A stretch of DNA of 64,000 nucleotides from Candidatus Binatia bacterium (GCA_963664395.2 OY761159.2:864001-928000); one strand, 5' to 3'; counted from the first letter of the stretch, positions 9,301 to 18,777 are shown. Program-made: numbers and translations. Notes: generated by a model not told the origin, from the sequence alone.

Positions 9301-9805
9301 CGTAAGTCTCTTCGACGGTGCGGTAACACGAGAAGTCGGGAATGGTCCCGGCCGAGTCCTGCTTCGGGGTCTGTTGCGGAGTCTGCCTGGGGGTCTGTCT
9401 CGGGACGGCGGACGGGCGGGCCGGATAGGGAAACGTCTCGTCCGCAACGACCCGCAGGCCGGCGCGGCGTAAGACTGCGAGGTCAGCCTCCGAGGCCAGC
9501 ACGACCACGTAGCCCTTTTCATACTCGGACTCCAGGGCCTCCATCGAGATGACGATCTTCCGGGCAATGGCAGGATCGTCGAAGTATACGCGGACCACGC
9601 CGGGTTCAGCAGGTTCAGCAGGTTCAGCGGGTTCAGCGGGTTCAGCGGGTTCAGCCGACTCGTCCGCGCTGCTCCCGGCTCGCAGATTGGGGTCCGAAAA
9701 TTCGACTTCCTGGGTCCACGCGACAGCCGCGAGGAGCGCCAGACCCAATAAGAGCACGCTGCATGCTTGCAGCCACAGCCGTGCAGCCTTCCCCCTGCGA
9801 CTCAT
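6386..9805 (-). CDS. Secreted M14 zinc carboxypeptidase with Ig-like domain, poly-Pro linker, PPC-like domain and two tandem C-terminal repeat domains
   Basis: Signal-like N-terminus from ATG 9805 (GGAGG RBS); HAREY, NPDG, WRKN, DLNRNF, SEPET, DIHSHG, FELG. Confidence 0.85.
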   Translation of the reverse strand: MSRRGKAARLWLQACSVLLLGLALLAAVAWTQEVEFSDPNLRAGSSADESAEPAEPAEPAEPAEPAEPGVVRVYFDDPAIARKIVISMEALESEYEKGYVVVLASEADLAVLRRAGLRVVADETFPYPARPSAVPRQTPRQTPQQTPKQDSAGTIPDFSCYRTVEETYASAQAIVDAFPELATWTAVGQSWQKTADTGGYDLMVLKLTNSNVSGTKPKVLITSALHAREYATAELTTRFAEELVDSYGIDADATWLLDQHEVHLMLHANPDGRKRAEEGLSWRKNHNTTHCPDTWPGVDLNRNFDFKWGLPGSSDQACSNTFRGSAAASEPETQAITAYMQGLFPDARGAEDDAAAPADTSGVFLDIHSHGRLMLWPWGYTNTAAPNGTQLQTLGRKLAFFNGYTPQQAIGLYPASGTTDAYSYGELGIASYTFELGTEHFFQDCDFFEETILSQNIQSLRYALKVARTPYLTPAGPDAVDVDVSAGSVAPGVLPGTQVTLSATLNDGRYSEENGVEPEQNIAAGEYYVDVPPWGENPSAVALTPEDGVFDETEEDATASIDTTGWSPGRHLIFVRAKDASGNWGAFSSALLFIREQSEVAAVVSISRRTPRAVVTNADSLTWQVVFSKAVGEVDEADFVVSGTSTDVTSVSGSATTWRVTVSGGNLATANGQVSLAFAANQNIEDADGNALDATLPSGTNYQSYMLDNMSPPPPPPPPPPPPPPRGGSGGSVSRDLHGNTAAQATRVRLDSRVPWTSSTAGQINITDDSDYFQFSLPQAGVLVVETTGSTDTVGTAWQDGVELVRTDSGGERRNFRLSTRVEAGPVVVAVEGTRGRTGAYSLETRLLAGYLENPGPVSSQSGVGVLSGWTCTAAEVEIEIETKRGEVMRQGAAYGTARLDTEGVCGDTNNGFGLLFNWNLLGDGEHTVTALVDGVELGRARVTVTTLGEEFVRGVGGTCEVEDFPRRGESVTLVWQQTSQNFVIAGGDAPATPATPAGSGLTGYLENPGPNSFQSGIGLISGWVCEANRVEIAIGIGGRQAAAYGTERTDTLAACGDTDNGFGLLFNWNLLGDGEHAVVAFVDGVELGRATVRVTTLGPEFLRGAEGECVVQDFPRLGETVGLEWQQNSQNFIITDVE
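9603..9655. repeat. 9-bp tandem repeat (GGTTCAGC[A/G]) x6 encoding (AEP)6
   Basis: Read directly from the sequence. Confidence 0.95.
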
Positions 9806-9990
9806 GACGACCTCCGGCTGGGAGGATATCTCAAGGCCCAACAGGCGCAAGTCGGGCGTCCGCCGACACGGCCACCTGAGATGCATACCCCCTGACGGGT
9901 CCGGGCTCCCTACCCCTCCGCCCACCGCGAGTTGACACAGCCGCTCTCACACCCCACACTGCCGGATACCCCACTGTGAAGGAGGACTCC

Positions 9991-10569
9991 ATGCTGCTCT
10001 ATCTCGACACCAAACGCGCGCCCAATCCGCGCAAGGTCCGCATCTATCTGGCCGAAAAAAACCTGGACATTCCGATCAAGGAAATCGACCTGTACGCCGG
10101 CGAGCAGAAGACGCCGGAGTTTCTGGCCAAGAATCCGTTTGCCGGTGTGCCCATCTTGGAGCTCGATGACGGCACGGTCCTGATCGAAACGCTGCCGATT
10201 ATGGAGTATCTGGAGGAACTCTATCCCGACCCGCCCCTGATCGGCACCGACCCCGTTAGCCGGGCGCTGGTGCGCTCCTGGGAACGGCGCTGTGAGATCG
10301 GGGTGTATTTGACGGCGTCGCGCATGGTGCTGTCCAAGGGCGACGTGTCCGATCAGGCGCGCCGAATCCTGATGCATCGCCTCCCGCTGGTCAACGCCGG
10401 CCTGGAAGGCAAGGACTGGCTGACCGGGAATTTATCGATTGCCGACATCATGTTGTTTATCGGCTTGGAGACCGCGCATCATGGCGGAACATTTCACCTT
10501 GATCCGGCCTGGAATAATCTGTCCCGCTGGTATGAAGCCATGAAGGCGCGGCCGAGTGCGTCGGTATAA
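9991..10569 (+). CDS. Glutathione S-transferase family protein
   Basis: APNPRKVRIYLAEK, KNPFAGVPILELDDG, LSIADI; AGGAGG RBS. Confidence 0.9.
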   Translation: MLLYLDTKRAPNPRKVRIYLAEKNLDIPIKEIDLYAGEQKTPEFLAKNPFAGVPILELDDGTVLIETLPIMEYLEELYPDPPLIGTDPVSRALVRSWERRCEIGVYLTASRMVLSKGDVSDQARRILMHRLPLVNAGLEGKDWLTGNLSIADIMLFIGLETAHHGGTFHLDPAWNNLSRWYEAMKARPSASV

Positions 10570-10624
10570 AGTCTCCCACAAGACGTGTGGTAGCCCGCCA
10601 GACTCACTGTAGCCGCCGGGGTGG

Positions 10625-11920
10625 GTGCCTTTTGGCATCGCACGTAAGAGGGGACGTATAAGGAGACCGCAACCCATCGCCTCCCTCTCCCCTTCATTCC
10701 GGCAAGCACTTCAACCCTTCCGGCGTGAAGGGGTTCGGCGTTCTGCGCTGTTCTTCGCCGCGCTCTATTTTGTTCAGGGCACAATCGATCTCTCAACCGG
10801 TCTGCCCTATCAACCGATTCAATATCTGCTCAAAGAAGACCTGCACCTGAGTGCCGGTCAGGCCGGCTTTGTGTGGGCCATGATAGGCCTGGGTTGGACC
10901 ATCAAACCGGTCTACGGCCTCTTGTCCGACTTCCTGCCCTTGGGCGGCTCGCGGCGCAAGGGCTATCTCGTGTTGATGAGCGCGTTAGGTCTGGGAAGCT
11001 GGCTTGCGCTGGCCGTTGCGCCGACGGCGTATGCAACGGTCCTTGGGCTGCTCATGGCGTGTTCGTTTACCTTGGCCTTTGCCGACGTCATGACCGATGC
11101 GCTCATGGTGGAGACCGGGCGTCCCCTCGGTCTCACCGGGAGTTTTCAGTCGATTCAATGGGCGGCCATGGGCTTGGCCTTGACCCTCGCCCATCTCGGT
11201 GGCGGCTATCTCTCGGAATATTCGACTCCACACACCGCTTTTCTCGTGTGTGGGTTCTTTCCGCTCGTCACCCTGCTGGCAACCCTCTTGTTTGTACGGG
11301 AAGTGCCGCAGCCACTGGGACAAGCGCAGTTGCGAGAGACTGCGCGCGCGCTCAGAACAGCCGCCCGGTCGCGCACGGTCTGGATCGTGGCCGGCTTTCT
11401 GTTTGTGTGGAATTTCAGCCCACTGTTCGGCACACCGCTCTTGTATTACGAGCGCGATATTCTCCAATTTTCAAAAATCTACATCGGCACCCTGGGCGCG
11501 CTGACCAACGCGGCCGGCATGCTGGGCGCGGTCATCTTCTTTTTCTTTTTTCGGAACGTCTCCCTCCGCCGCCTCCTCTTTATCGCGGTGACGCTCGGCG
11601 TTGTGTCAACGCTCAGTTTCCTGGGCCTAACCGGACCTCGCTCCGGGATTGTCATTTTTCTCGGCTACGGCCTGATTTCGCAGATTACGCATCTGGCTGT
11701 ACTCGACCTTGCGGCCCGCTCCTGCCCGGCACGCGTTGAGGGCACGGTATTCGCCCTCCTGATGTCCGCCCTGAACATCGGGCGAAGCGGGTCTCAGGCG
11801 CTGGGCGGCTGGCTCTACGATCAAACCGGCTTTATCCCCTTGGTCTGCATCAGTGCCGCGTTCACCGCCTTGTGCTGGTTGATGATTTCTTTGCTGCGTT
11901 CTGAGGAACCGTCCTCGTAG
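10625..11920 (+). CDS. MFS transporter, folate-biopterin (BT1) family; start uncertain
   Basis: WTIKPVYGLLSDFLPLGGSRRKGY, DVMTDALMVE, CPARVEGTVFALLMS; about 12 hydrophobic segments. Confidence 0.85.
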   Translation: MPFGIARKRGRIRRPQPIASLSPSFRQALQPFRREGVRRSALFFAALYFVQGTIDLSTGLPYQPIQYLLKEDLHLSAGQAGFVWAMIGLGWTIKPVYGLLSDFLPLGGSRRKGYLVLMSALGLGSWLALAVAPTAYATVLGLLMACSFTLAFADVMTDALMVETGRPLGLTGSFQSIQWAAMGLALTLAHLGGGYLSEYSTPHTAFLVCGFFPLVTLLATLLFVREVPQPLGQAQLRETARALRTAARSRTVWIVAGFLFVWNFSPLFGTPLLYYERDILQFSKIYIGTLGALTNAAGMLGAVIFFFFFRNVSLRRLLFIAVTLGVVSTLSFLGLTGPRSGIVIFLGYGLISQITHLAVLDLAARSCPARVEGTVFALLMSALNIGRSGSQALGGWLYDQTGFIPLVCISAAFTALCWLMISLLRSEEPSS

Positions 11921-12031
11921 GGGCAGTAGGTCCTTGCCGCTTCGTCACAACCTGGATAAACATGCAACGTTCCGTGTTTTCGTCCTGCTCCGCAGTCCGC
12001 AACGGCTGAGCAGGCTACGTTAGCCAGATAC

Positions 12032-12892
12032 ATGGAAATGAAAAATAATACTCCCACCTTTGACCAGCTCATGAATCCTTTGCTCGAATCCTTGCGACAG
12101 CTGGGTGGTTCGGGCTCGATCGATGAGATTTATGAGAAGGTTGTACAGATCGAGACAATTCCAGACGAAGTTCTCAATCAACTTCACAATCCTGAAAAAA
12201 GCAACCGAACCGAGGTCGAGTATCGGCTTGCCTGGGCAAGAACTTATCTCAAGAAATACGGATACATCGAAAATTCGAGCCGTGGCGTATGGGCATTAAC
12301 AAACAAAGCGAAAGACACTCCCGAAGTAGACCCACAAGAAGTAGTTAAATTTGCTCGGGAGGACTACGGAAAAAATGCGACCAAGAAACCTAAGAGGAAA
12401 GAAAGAGAATTAGACCTTCTTGAAGAAGAAGAATGGATAGAAAAGCTTCATCATATTCTGACCAAGGAAATTTCGCCTGATCAATTTGAACGACTCACAC
12501 AGAGGCTACTGAGAGAGTCGGGCTTCGTTCAGGTCGAAGTTACGGGGAGAACTGGTGATGGCGGCATCGATGGAAAAGGCATTGCCCGCTTGCATGGATT
12601 CATGAGCTTCCATGTGATTTTTCAATGCAAGAAATATCAGGGGTCAGTTTCTGCTGGAGATATACGAGATTTTCGCGGGGCGATGGTAGGGCGTGCCGAT
12701 AAGGGCTTATTCATCACAACCGGGACGTTCACTCCAGCAGCAGTAAAGGAAGCCACGAGAGATGGAGCACCACCCATTGACTTAGTTGATGGAGAGCAGC
12801 TTGCTCTCAAACTGAAGGAAGTTGGACTTGGGATTAGAACCGAGATGGTCGAGAAGGTTACGACAGATGCCAGCTGGTTCAAGAATCTATGA
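12032..12892 (+). CDS. mrr: Mrr-family (type IV) restriction endonuclease
   Basis: N-terminal wHTH (EYRLAWARTYLK...RGVWALT); catalytic FERL...GDGGIDG...QCKKY...IRDFRGAM...IDLVDGEQL. Confidence 0.9.
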   Translation: MEMKNNTPTFDQLMNPLLESLRQLGGSGSIDEIYEKVVQIETIPDEVLNQLHNPEKSNRTEVEYRLAWARTYLKKYGYIENSSRGVWALTNKAKDTPEVDPQEVVKFAREDYGKNATKKPKRKERELDLLEEEEWIEKLHHILTKEISPDQFERLTQRLLRESGFVQVEVTGRTGDGGIDGKGIARLHGFMSFHVIFQCKKYQGSVSAGDIRDFRGAMVGRADKGLFITTGTFTPAAVKEATRDGAPPIDLVDGEQLALKLKEVGLGIRTEMVEKVTTDASWFKNL

Positions 12893-13018
12893 GGCATAAC
12901 AAATAGCAAAGTCGCAGAGATGAGCTCTTTCTGGTCTAACTCAACGAGAGGTAAGTCCCTGGTTTGACCAAGGGGACTGCCAATGTTTGACATCCGGATT
13001 TCGTAACTTGCATCCCCC

Positions 13019-14554
13019 CTACAAAGCAGGTGGGCGCGGGGCGTCGAAGATTTCACGCTGGAATGCATCTGCCGCACGTAACACCGTCGCATCATCGCCC
13101 TTGCGTCCGACCAGCATCATGCCGATCGGCAGGCCGTTCGACATGCCGCAGGGCACGTTCATGGCTGGATGGCCGGTTGCGTCAAACGGGGAGGTGTTAA
13201 CCAAGTGTTCAAACGCCAGCTGCACACACTCTTCCCGACTCACATCCGCGGGTGGAATCTTGGGTGCCATGAACGGTAGCGTAGGCATGACTAAGAGATC
13301 GCACTCCTCTAAAGCGGCATCGTAGGCCGCAGATAAAGAACGGGCCAAATTTTGGGCTTTGGCATAATAGCGTCCGTGGTAGCGCTCCTGCATATACTGG
13401 CCGGCCAACATAGTCAGCTTGACGTTCTCTGATAAATCGTCTGGTTTAGTCAGGAGACCGCGGGCCATGGCATCAAGCAAACTTGTAGTATAGTGGCCTT
13501 TCCAGTTCGTGCCCATGCCGTTGCCCTGCATCATCAGTACGGTTGCACCCTCTTGAAATATGGCAAAGAGGATGTGTCGGCCGTGACGGTGCCATGGTAT
13601 GGAAACGGTTTCGACACGAGCGCCGAGTTTCTCAAACGCATGGGCGGATTGTTCTACACTCTCATCCACATCCGCCTCAGACACGTCCTCCCAGCCAAAA
13701 CCCTCCGGGACAATCCCGAGGCGCAGACCATCGATTTTTCCGGACAGGGCTTGCGTATACGCTTTGCCTTGCAGAGCGGCCTGCTGACGCGGGTCGAGAC
13801 CGTCCGGCCCAGCAATTACTTCTAGCAACAAGGCCACGTCAGCCACTGTCCGTGCCATGGGTCCGGCATGGTCTATGGTGAGTTCGATGGGAGCAATTCC
13901 GGTGTAGGGAACCAATCCATAGGTTGGTTTAATGCCATAAATCCCACACCAGCAACTCGGCATCCGAATCGAGCCGCCCTGATCGCCGCCAATCGCCATA
14001 TCGACTTTGCTCGCCGCAACAAGCGCCGCACTGCCGCTTGAGGAGCCACCGGCCATCCGACTCGGATCGTGTGGATTTTGCACTGGTCCTGTATCGCTGG
14101 TGTGGCTTCCCCCTGACCAACAGAAATGCTCACACACCGCCTTTCCGAGAATGGTACCGCCCGCATCCAGGATACGCGTGACAACGGTTGCATCGATCTC
14201 CGGGGTGTAGCCCTCTAACACACTGCTACCATTCATCATCGGTACCCCCGCCACGCAGACGTTGTCCTTAATCGCCAGCGTTTTTCCTATGAGCGGCCCT
14301 GACGGCGCGCCCGTTATTTCGGTTCGCCAATACCAGGCGTTGTATGGATTCTCTTCCGGTTGCGGGCGAAGGCCAGGCGTTCGCGGATACTTCACCGGCA
14401 GGGTTGGTTCGGTCAGTTTGTCAAGGTGCGCGTACGATTCAACAATTCCACGCATCAGTCCCTGAAACGATTTAATGTCGTTTCCGTCCAAGCTCAGTCC
14501 AAATCCGTCAGCAATATCGGCAATCTCATCCAGCGTCGGTAATTGTACTGGCAT
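13019..14554 (-). CDS. Amidase-signature family amidase
   Basis: IKDN, GGSSSGS, GGDQGGSIRMP. Confidence 0.93.
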   Translation of the reverse strand: MPVQLPTLDEIADIADGFGLSLDGNDIKSFQGLMRGIVESYAHLDKLTEPTLPVKYPRTPGLRPQPEENPYNAWYWRTEITGAPSGPLIGKTLAIKDNVCVAGVPMMNGSSVLEGYTPEIDATVVTRILDAGGTILGKAVCEHFCWSGGSHTSDTGPVQNPHDPSRMAGGSSSGSAALVAASKVDMAIGGDQGGSIRMPSCWCGIYGIKPTYGLVPYTGIAPIELTIDHAGPMARTVADVALLLEVIAGPDGLDPRQQAALQGKAYTQALSGKIDGLRLGIVPEGFGWEDVSEADVDESVEQSAHAFEKLGARVETVSIPWHRHGRHILFAIFQEGATVLMMQGNGMGTNWKGHYTTSLLDAMARGLLTKPDDLSENVKLTMLAGQYMQERYHGRYYAKAQNLARSLSAAYDAALEECDLLVMPTLPFMAPKIPPADVSREECVQLAFEHLVNTSPFDATGHPAMNVPCGMSNGLPIGMMLVGRKGDDATVLRAADAFQREIFDAPRPPAL

Positions 14555-14672
14555 ACGTCCTCCTTATTCATTATTCATTGGTGAGATAGCGCAGTGCCTT
14601 TCCCTTGCCAAGCCCAGCGAAACCACATAAGACGAGGCGCACTATAAAAAGAGACATAACAGGAGGCCGAGC

Positions 14673-14942
14673 ATGGAACGTTTGGACAATAAAGTTGCCA
14701 TCATCACCGGAGGCGCGGGTGGCATCGGTCTCCAGGCCGGCAGGCTGTTTGCCCAGGAAGAAGGCTTTCAGCCCAACGATCCGGGCCAGGCCAAGGAAAT
14801 GATGTCGGCCATGGTTCCCCTCCAACGCTACGCCGAGCCTGTAGAGGTCGCCAGGATCATGCTCTTTCTGGCCAGCGAAGAAAGCTCCTACTGCAGCGGT
14901 GGCGTGTATATGGTTGATGGCGGGATGACGGCGAGGACGTAA
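14673..14942 (+). pseudogene. Short-chain dehydrogenase with a large in-frame internal deletion
   Basis: N-terminal KVAIITGGAGGIG joined directly to C-terminal PLQRYAEPVEVA...FLAS...VDGG; only 89 aa; NNAG and YxxxK core absent. Confidence 0.85.
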
Positions 14943-14969
14943 AGCCAGCGGCTGCGATAACATGTCCCA

Positions 14970-16022
14970 ATGGTCAAAGCAGGAAAACGACGGGCGGCGG
15001 CGGACCAACTTCATTTATTCTTACCGGCCCCTTCTTCTGAAGCTCCGGACGGACAGACGAAACAGATCAATCCCGCGCCCCTCCTCTCAGGATTAGAGTC
15101 GCTGGCCGAACGCCTTCCCGCTACGATTCGGCTCGGAACCTCTTCCTGGTCTTTCCCTGGTTGGGAAGGTTTAATTTATGACCGCCCAGCCCCACAGACA
15201 AAACTGGCGCGCGAAGGTTTGACGGTGTACTCCCGGCATCCGCTCTTGCGGACCGTCGGCGTTGACCGGACGTATTATCGACCAATGACGGCGGCACAAT
15301 TTGCTGCCTACGCAGTGCAAGTGCCGGAGCCCTTCCGCTTTCTGGTCAAGGCGCATGAGTATTGCACGCTGGCCGGCTTTGGCGCTCATCCTCGGTATGG
15401 CACTCGGCGTGGGCAGCCCAACAGCCTTTTTCTTGATCCACACTACGCGACCCAAGAAGTGGTTGGACCGTTCATGGCCGGGCTCAAAGACAAAGCCGGC
15501 CCACTGCTGTTCCAATTCTCTCCCCAAGACTTTGCCGGCCTCGGTGGTCCGGGCCATTTTGTCGAGCGGCTGTACCAGTTTTTGGATAGGCTTCCGCGCG
15601 GCCCGCTCTACGCGGTCGAGATTCGCAACACGGAACTCTTTACGCCTGAATATGTCGATGCATTGTCGGCGGTAGGCGCGTGTCATTGCATTAATGGTCA
15701 TCCCAGTATGCCGGCCGTCCACGCCCAAGCCGCACTGATTCAACCGGAACGGAATCAGGCGGTTGTCATCCGCTGGATGCAGGCCCGCCATCTGAGCTAT
15801 CAAGCGGCAAAACAAAAATATGCACCGTTTAATCAGATTGTCGATGCGGACCCTACGGCACGTAAGGCCATTGCCGAGCTGTGTCTCAACGGAAGCGGTC
15901 GACGGCAGCCGGCCTACGTGATTGTGAACAACAAAGCAGAGGGCTCCGCGCCGCTGTCTATTTTTCAATTGGCAGAACAGATTGTAGAAACGGTGTCTGG
16001 CACGAGTGGTACGCTCAGCTGA
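14970..16022 (+). CDS. DUF72 family protein
   Basis: IRLGTSSWSFPGW, TVGVDRTYY, FLVKA, LLFQF, YAVEIRN, YVIVNNKAEG. Confidence 0.88.
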   Translation: MVKAGKRRAAADQLHLFLPAPSSEAPDGQTKQINPAPLLSGLESLAERLPATIRLGTSSWSFPGWEGLIYDRPAPQTKLAREGLTVYSRHPLLRTVGVDRTYYRPMTAAQFAAYAVQVPEPFRFLVKAHEYCTLAGFGAHPRYGTRRGQPNSLFLDPHYATQEVVGPFMAGLKDKAGPLLFQFSPQDFAGLGGPGHFVERLYQFLDRLPRGPLYAVEIRNTELFTPEYVDALSAVGACHCINGHPSMPAVHAQAALIQPERNQAVVIRWMQARHLSYQAAKQKYAPFNQIVDADPTARKAIAELCLNGSGRRQPAYVIVNNKAEGSAPLSIFQLAEQIVETVSGTSGTLS

Positions 16023-16644
16023 GCAGCGCGGACCCGCCATCCCATATTAGGAGAAGACCAAACAGGAGGAGCGAGACTCCGCTCAATCGGAGTGCCATCC
16101 GATAGCCACGCCCTTGCAAACGCGCCCGCCCACCGTGGACAAGCACGGCAATCAAGACCTTCGACCCGACCAGACAGCCATAGAAGCCAAGCAGAAAGGC
16201 ACCAATGGGAAACCACATGTTGTCGCGCGCGTTGTCCGTCACGAGCGGCCCCCCAACAGTCAGCCAAAAGATGTACGGATGGGGATTCAGCAGGTTGACC
16301 AGCAAACCTTTGCGGAAGCTCAGCAACCGGCTCCCCGCCCCTCCTTCCTCCGCCATCCTCATCGGCGCCGGCGTCCGCAGGGTCTCTCCCCCGAGGAAGC
16401 ACACATAGCCGCCCCCAATGAGACTGAGGACCGAAAAACTCGTAGGCGGGAGTTGAGTCAACACCATGAGCACGAGGCCGACGACCAGCACGTCAGCAAC
16501 CGGCGGAGCCAGGGCCACAGTCGCCCCGCTCTTCCAGCCGTTGCGCAAGCTCTCATGTATCACCAGACTGGACAGCGGGCCGGGCGTTATGCCGGCCCCG
16601 AGTCCGAGACTGATAGCAAAGAGAAAGGTTTGCCAGGTCGTCAT
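16015..16644 (-). CDS. LysE family exporter
   Basis: ITPGP, FRKGLLVNLLNPHPYIFW; six hydrophobic segments. Confidence 0.88.
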   Translation of the reverse strand: MTTWQTFLFAISLGLGAGITPGPLSSLVIHESLRNGWKSGATVALAPPVADVLVVGLVLMVLTQLPPTSFSVLSLIGGGYVCFLGGETLRTPAPMRMAEEGGAGSRLLSFRKGLLVNLLNPHPYIFWLTVGGPLVTDNARDNMWFPIGAFLLGFYGCLVGSKVLIAVLVHGGRARLQGRGYRMALRLSGVSLLLFGLLLIWDGGSALLS

Positions 16645-16738
16645 GCGACTACGCCGTCCTCCCCCCGTGCTGTTTTTTCACTGAAGCCGCCATGATAGAT
16701 ACGCCCACACAAGAAGAGGAAGAAGAGGAGGGCGCTGT

Positions 16739-17332
16739 ATGGCCGAGAGTCACATCCCGTCGCAATCTACCCATTTGCCCGGTCCGCATGACCAGCACCA
16801 GCACGATCATCAACACGGTCCACATTTTCGATTCTGCCCGAAGTGTGGCGGTGCGTTAAGTCGCCAGCTGCTCAAGCCGAACGAACCCAAACGCCTGGTG
16901 TGCGGGAGCTGTTCTTTCATTTTCTATGACGACCCCAAAGTAGCGGCCTGTACCATTCCCGTCATACAGGGCAAGATTCTCCTGGTACAGCGTGGGATCG
17001 AGCCGGGCTATGGCAAGTGGGTCTTTCCAGGCGGCTTCCTGGATCGAGGCGAGCGCGTAGAAGACGCTGCCATTCGCGAGACCTGGGAAGAGACCGGTCT
17101 CAAGGTGGAAGTTGGTCATCTGCTCAACGCCTACTCCTACCCTGGCTATCCGGTCGTTGTGCTGGTATATCCGGCAACAGTGCTCGCCGGCGAGCCCCAA
17201 GCCCTGGATGAAACGCTCGCAGTCAAGCTTTTTGCTCCGGCGGATATCCCCTGGTCGGAGCTGGCGTTTCCCAGCACTACAGACGCACTGACCGAGTATA
17301 TCTCATTTTTTGATAGGTCACGCCCGGCATAA
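16739..17332 (+). CDS. Nudix hydrolase with N-terminal zinc ribbon
   Basis: FCPKCG...CGSC; Nudix box GGFLDRGERVEDAAIRETWEETG. Confidence 0.92.
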   Translation: MAESHIPSQSTHLPGPHDQHQHDHQHGPHFRFCPKCGGALSRQLLKPNEPKRLVCGSCSFIFYDDPKVAACTIPVIQGKILLVQRGIEPGYGKWVFPGGFLDRGERVEDAAIRETWEETGLKVEVGHLLNAYSYPGYPVVVLVYPATVLAGEPQALDETLAVKLFAPADIPWSELAFPSTTDALTEYISFFDRSRPA

Positions 17333-17399
17333 ATCCACCCCAACTTCTTTTAGTGTTGCTTTTCTGTTAGGGTATCGCAAATCTTTCAGGAGGAAATGA

Positions 17400-17771
17400 A
17401 TGCCAGACGAAAAATTATCAGCGGAGGAGGAACTTAAAAAAGCGACCTGGGGCTATATCGGAGTGGGCGTGTTATGGCTCTCCCTCATCGTATCGGGCAT
17501 GGCGCTTGAGCGATTGGACCTGACCAGCGACATTCTCACCGGTATCCTGCCGGGTGCCGTCAGCACCCTCCGGGTCGATAACGCCGCGCTCGACGGACAG
17601 GTACGCGTACTCAAGGATGCCAACCAACGCTTAGACGGCTTGATCGGCCGTGAGCGGGCAACAGTCGAGGCACTTGAGTATTGTCAGGCCGAAAACAGAG
17701 AGATTAACGCCGAGATTAAGGACCTTAAAGCCAGTGCTGCAGCTCCGGCAGATGGAGAGAGTGCAAGCTAA
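17400..17771 (+). CDS. Hypothetical protein (single TM + coiled coil)
   Basis: AGGAGG RBS, hydrophobic segment, heptad-like C-terminus, followed by a terminator. Confidence 0.65.
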   Translation: MPDEKLSAEEELKKATWGYIGVGVLWLSLIVSGMALERLDLTSDILTGILPGAVSTLRVDNAALDGQVRVLKDANQRLDGLIGRERATVEALEYCQAENREINAEIKDLKASAAAPADGESAS

Positions 17772-17832
17772 CCGGCTCAATACTGATGGGAGTTTCCTGC
17801 TCCTCTTCCTTTGACTCGACCAAGCCAATATG

Positions 17833-17859
17833 GGGGCGTCTTATCAGACGCCCCTTTTT
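17833..17859 (+). terminator. Intrinsic terminator
   Basis: GGGGCGTCT-TATC-AGACGCCCC followed by TTTTT. Confidence 0.8.
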
Positions 17860-17874
17860 CTTCTTTGCTCAGCC

Positions 17875-17950
17875 CCGGATGTCACCGGATGTCACCAGAT
17901 GTCACCGGATGTCACCAGATGTCACCGGATGTCACCAGATGTCACCAGAT
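17875..17950. repeat. 10-bp tandem repeat GTCACC(G/A)GAT x7 plus a partial copy
   Basis: Read directly; intergenic, between convergent genes. Confidence 0.95.
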
Positions 17951-17964
17951 ATCATGCAGCCTGA

Positions 17965-18777
17965 CTACTGCCAGGCGTGTTGGCGCTGGATAAATTCCGT
18001 CACCACATCAACGGTTGTCCGGGCTAACTCGATATTAAACAAATGGCTGGCATTCGACAGGATGGTCAGGTCAGCGTTGGGAATACGCTGAGCCAGGGTG
18101 ACCGAATTTTCCGGCGGAACCAGGCCATCTTCCTTACCCGTCACAACCAGGGTCGGCGCCGCAATATTGGGGAGACGCGCATAGGTATCGTGCCCCTGAA
18201 TCGCTGCCATTTGGCTGATCATGCCGTGCTTGGGCGTCGGATGCCGGCTGGAGAGCTGGTTGAGTTCGAGCAGGGTGTTCATATGCTTTTGTATGAACCA
18301 CGGCGTTACCGCAACTTTGGTCATGGCTAACGCGGCCTGTTCAACGTCGAAGTCGGCAATATTGTTCAGCATGTTCAGCACTTCAGGATCTTGTGACAGC
18401 AGCGTCTTTTCCCCACCGCAGTTGGTGCAGCCCAAGATCAAATTTTTGACCCGGCCGGGATGACGCAGCGCAAACTCCTGGGCAATCATGCCGCCCATTG
18501 AGATGCCGAAAACGTTCGCCTGGTCAATCCCGAGATGATCCAGCACGCCGGCGGTATCATCCGCAAACAGCGGCATGGAATACGGCGCATCCGGCTTATC
18601 GCTCTGGCCCACGCCACGGTTGTCAAATGTGATCGTCCTGAACGCCTTGGCAAAGCCGTCAACATTCCAGTGCCAGCCGACCGAGCTTATGGTGAAACCC
18701 ATGATGAGGAGCAGTGGCTCGCCTTGCCCCTGTTCTTCGTAGTACAGCTTGACTCCATTTGATTCGATATGCGGCAT
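17965..18777 (-). CDS. Alpha/beta hydrolase
   Basis: FDNRGVGQS, GISMGG nucleophile elbow, GKEDGLVP, NASHL. Confidence 0.92.
   Translation of the reverse strand: MPHIESNGVKLYYEEQGQGEPLLLIMGFTISSVGWHWNVDGFAKAFRTITFDNRGVGQSDKPDAPYSMPLFADDTAGVLDHLGIDQANVFGISMGGMIAQEFALRHPGRVKNLILGCTNCGGEKTLLSQDPEVLNMLNNIADFDVEQAALAMTKVAVTPWFIQKHMNTLLELNQLSSRHPTPKHGMISQMAAIQGHDTYARLPNIAAPTLVVTGKEDGLVPPENSVTLAQRIPNADLTILSNASHLFNIELARTTVDVVTEFIQRQHAWQ

Noticed and set aside
17875-17954. CRISPR array
   Set aside because: Contiguous 10-bp units without spacers; no cas genes in the window.
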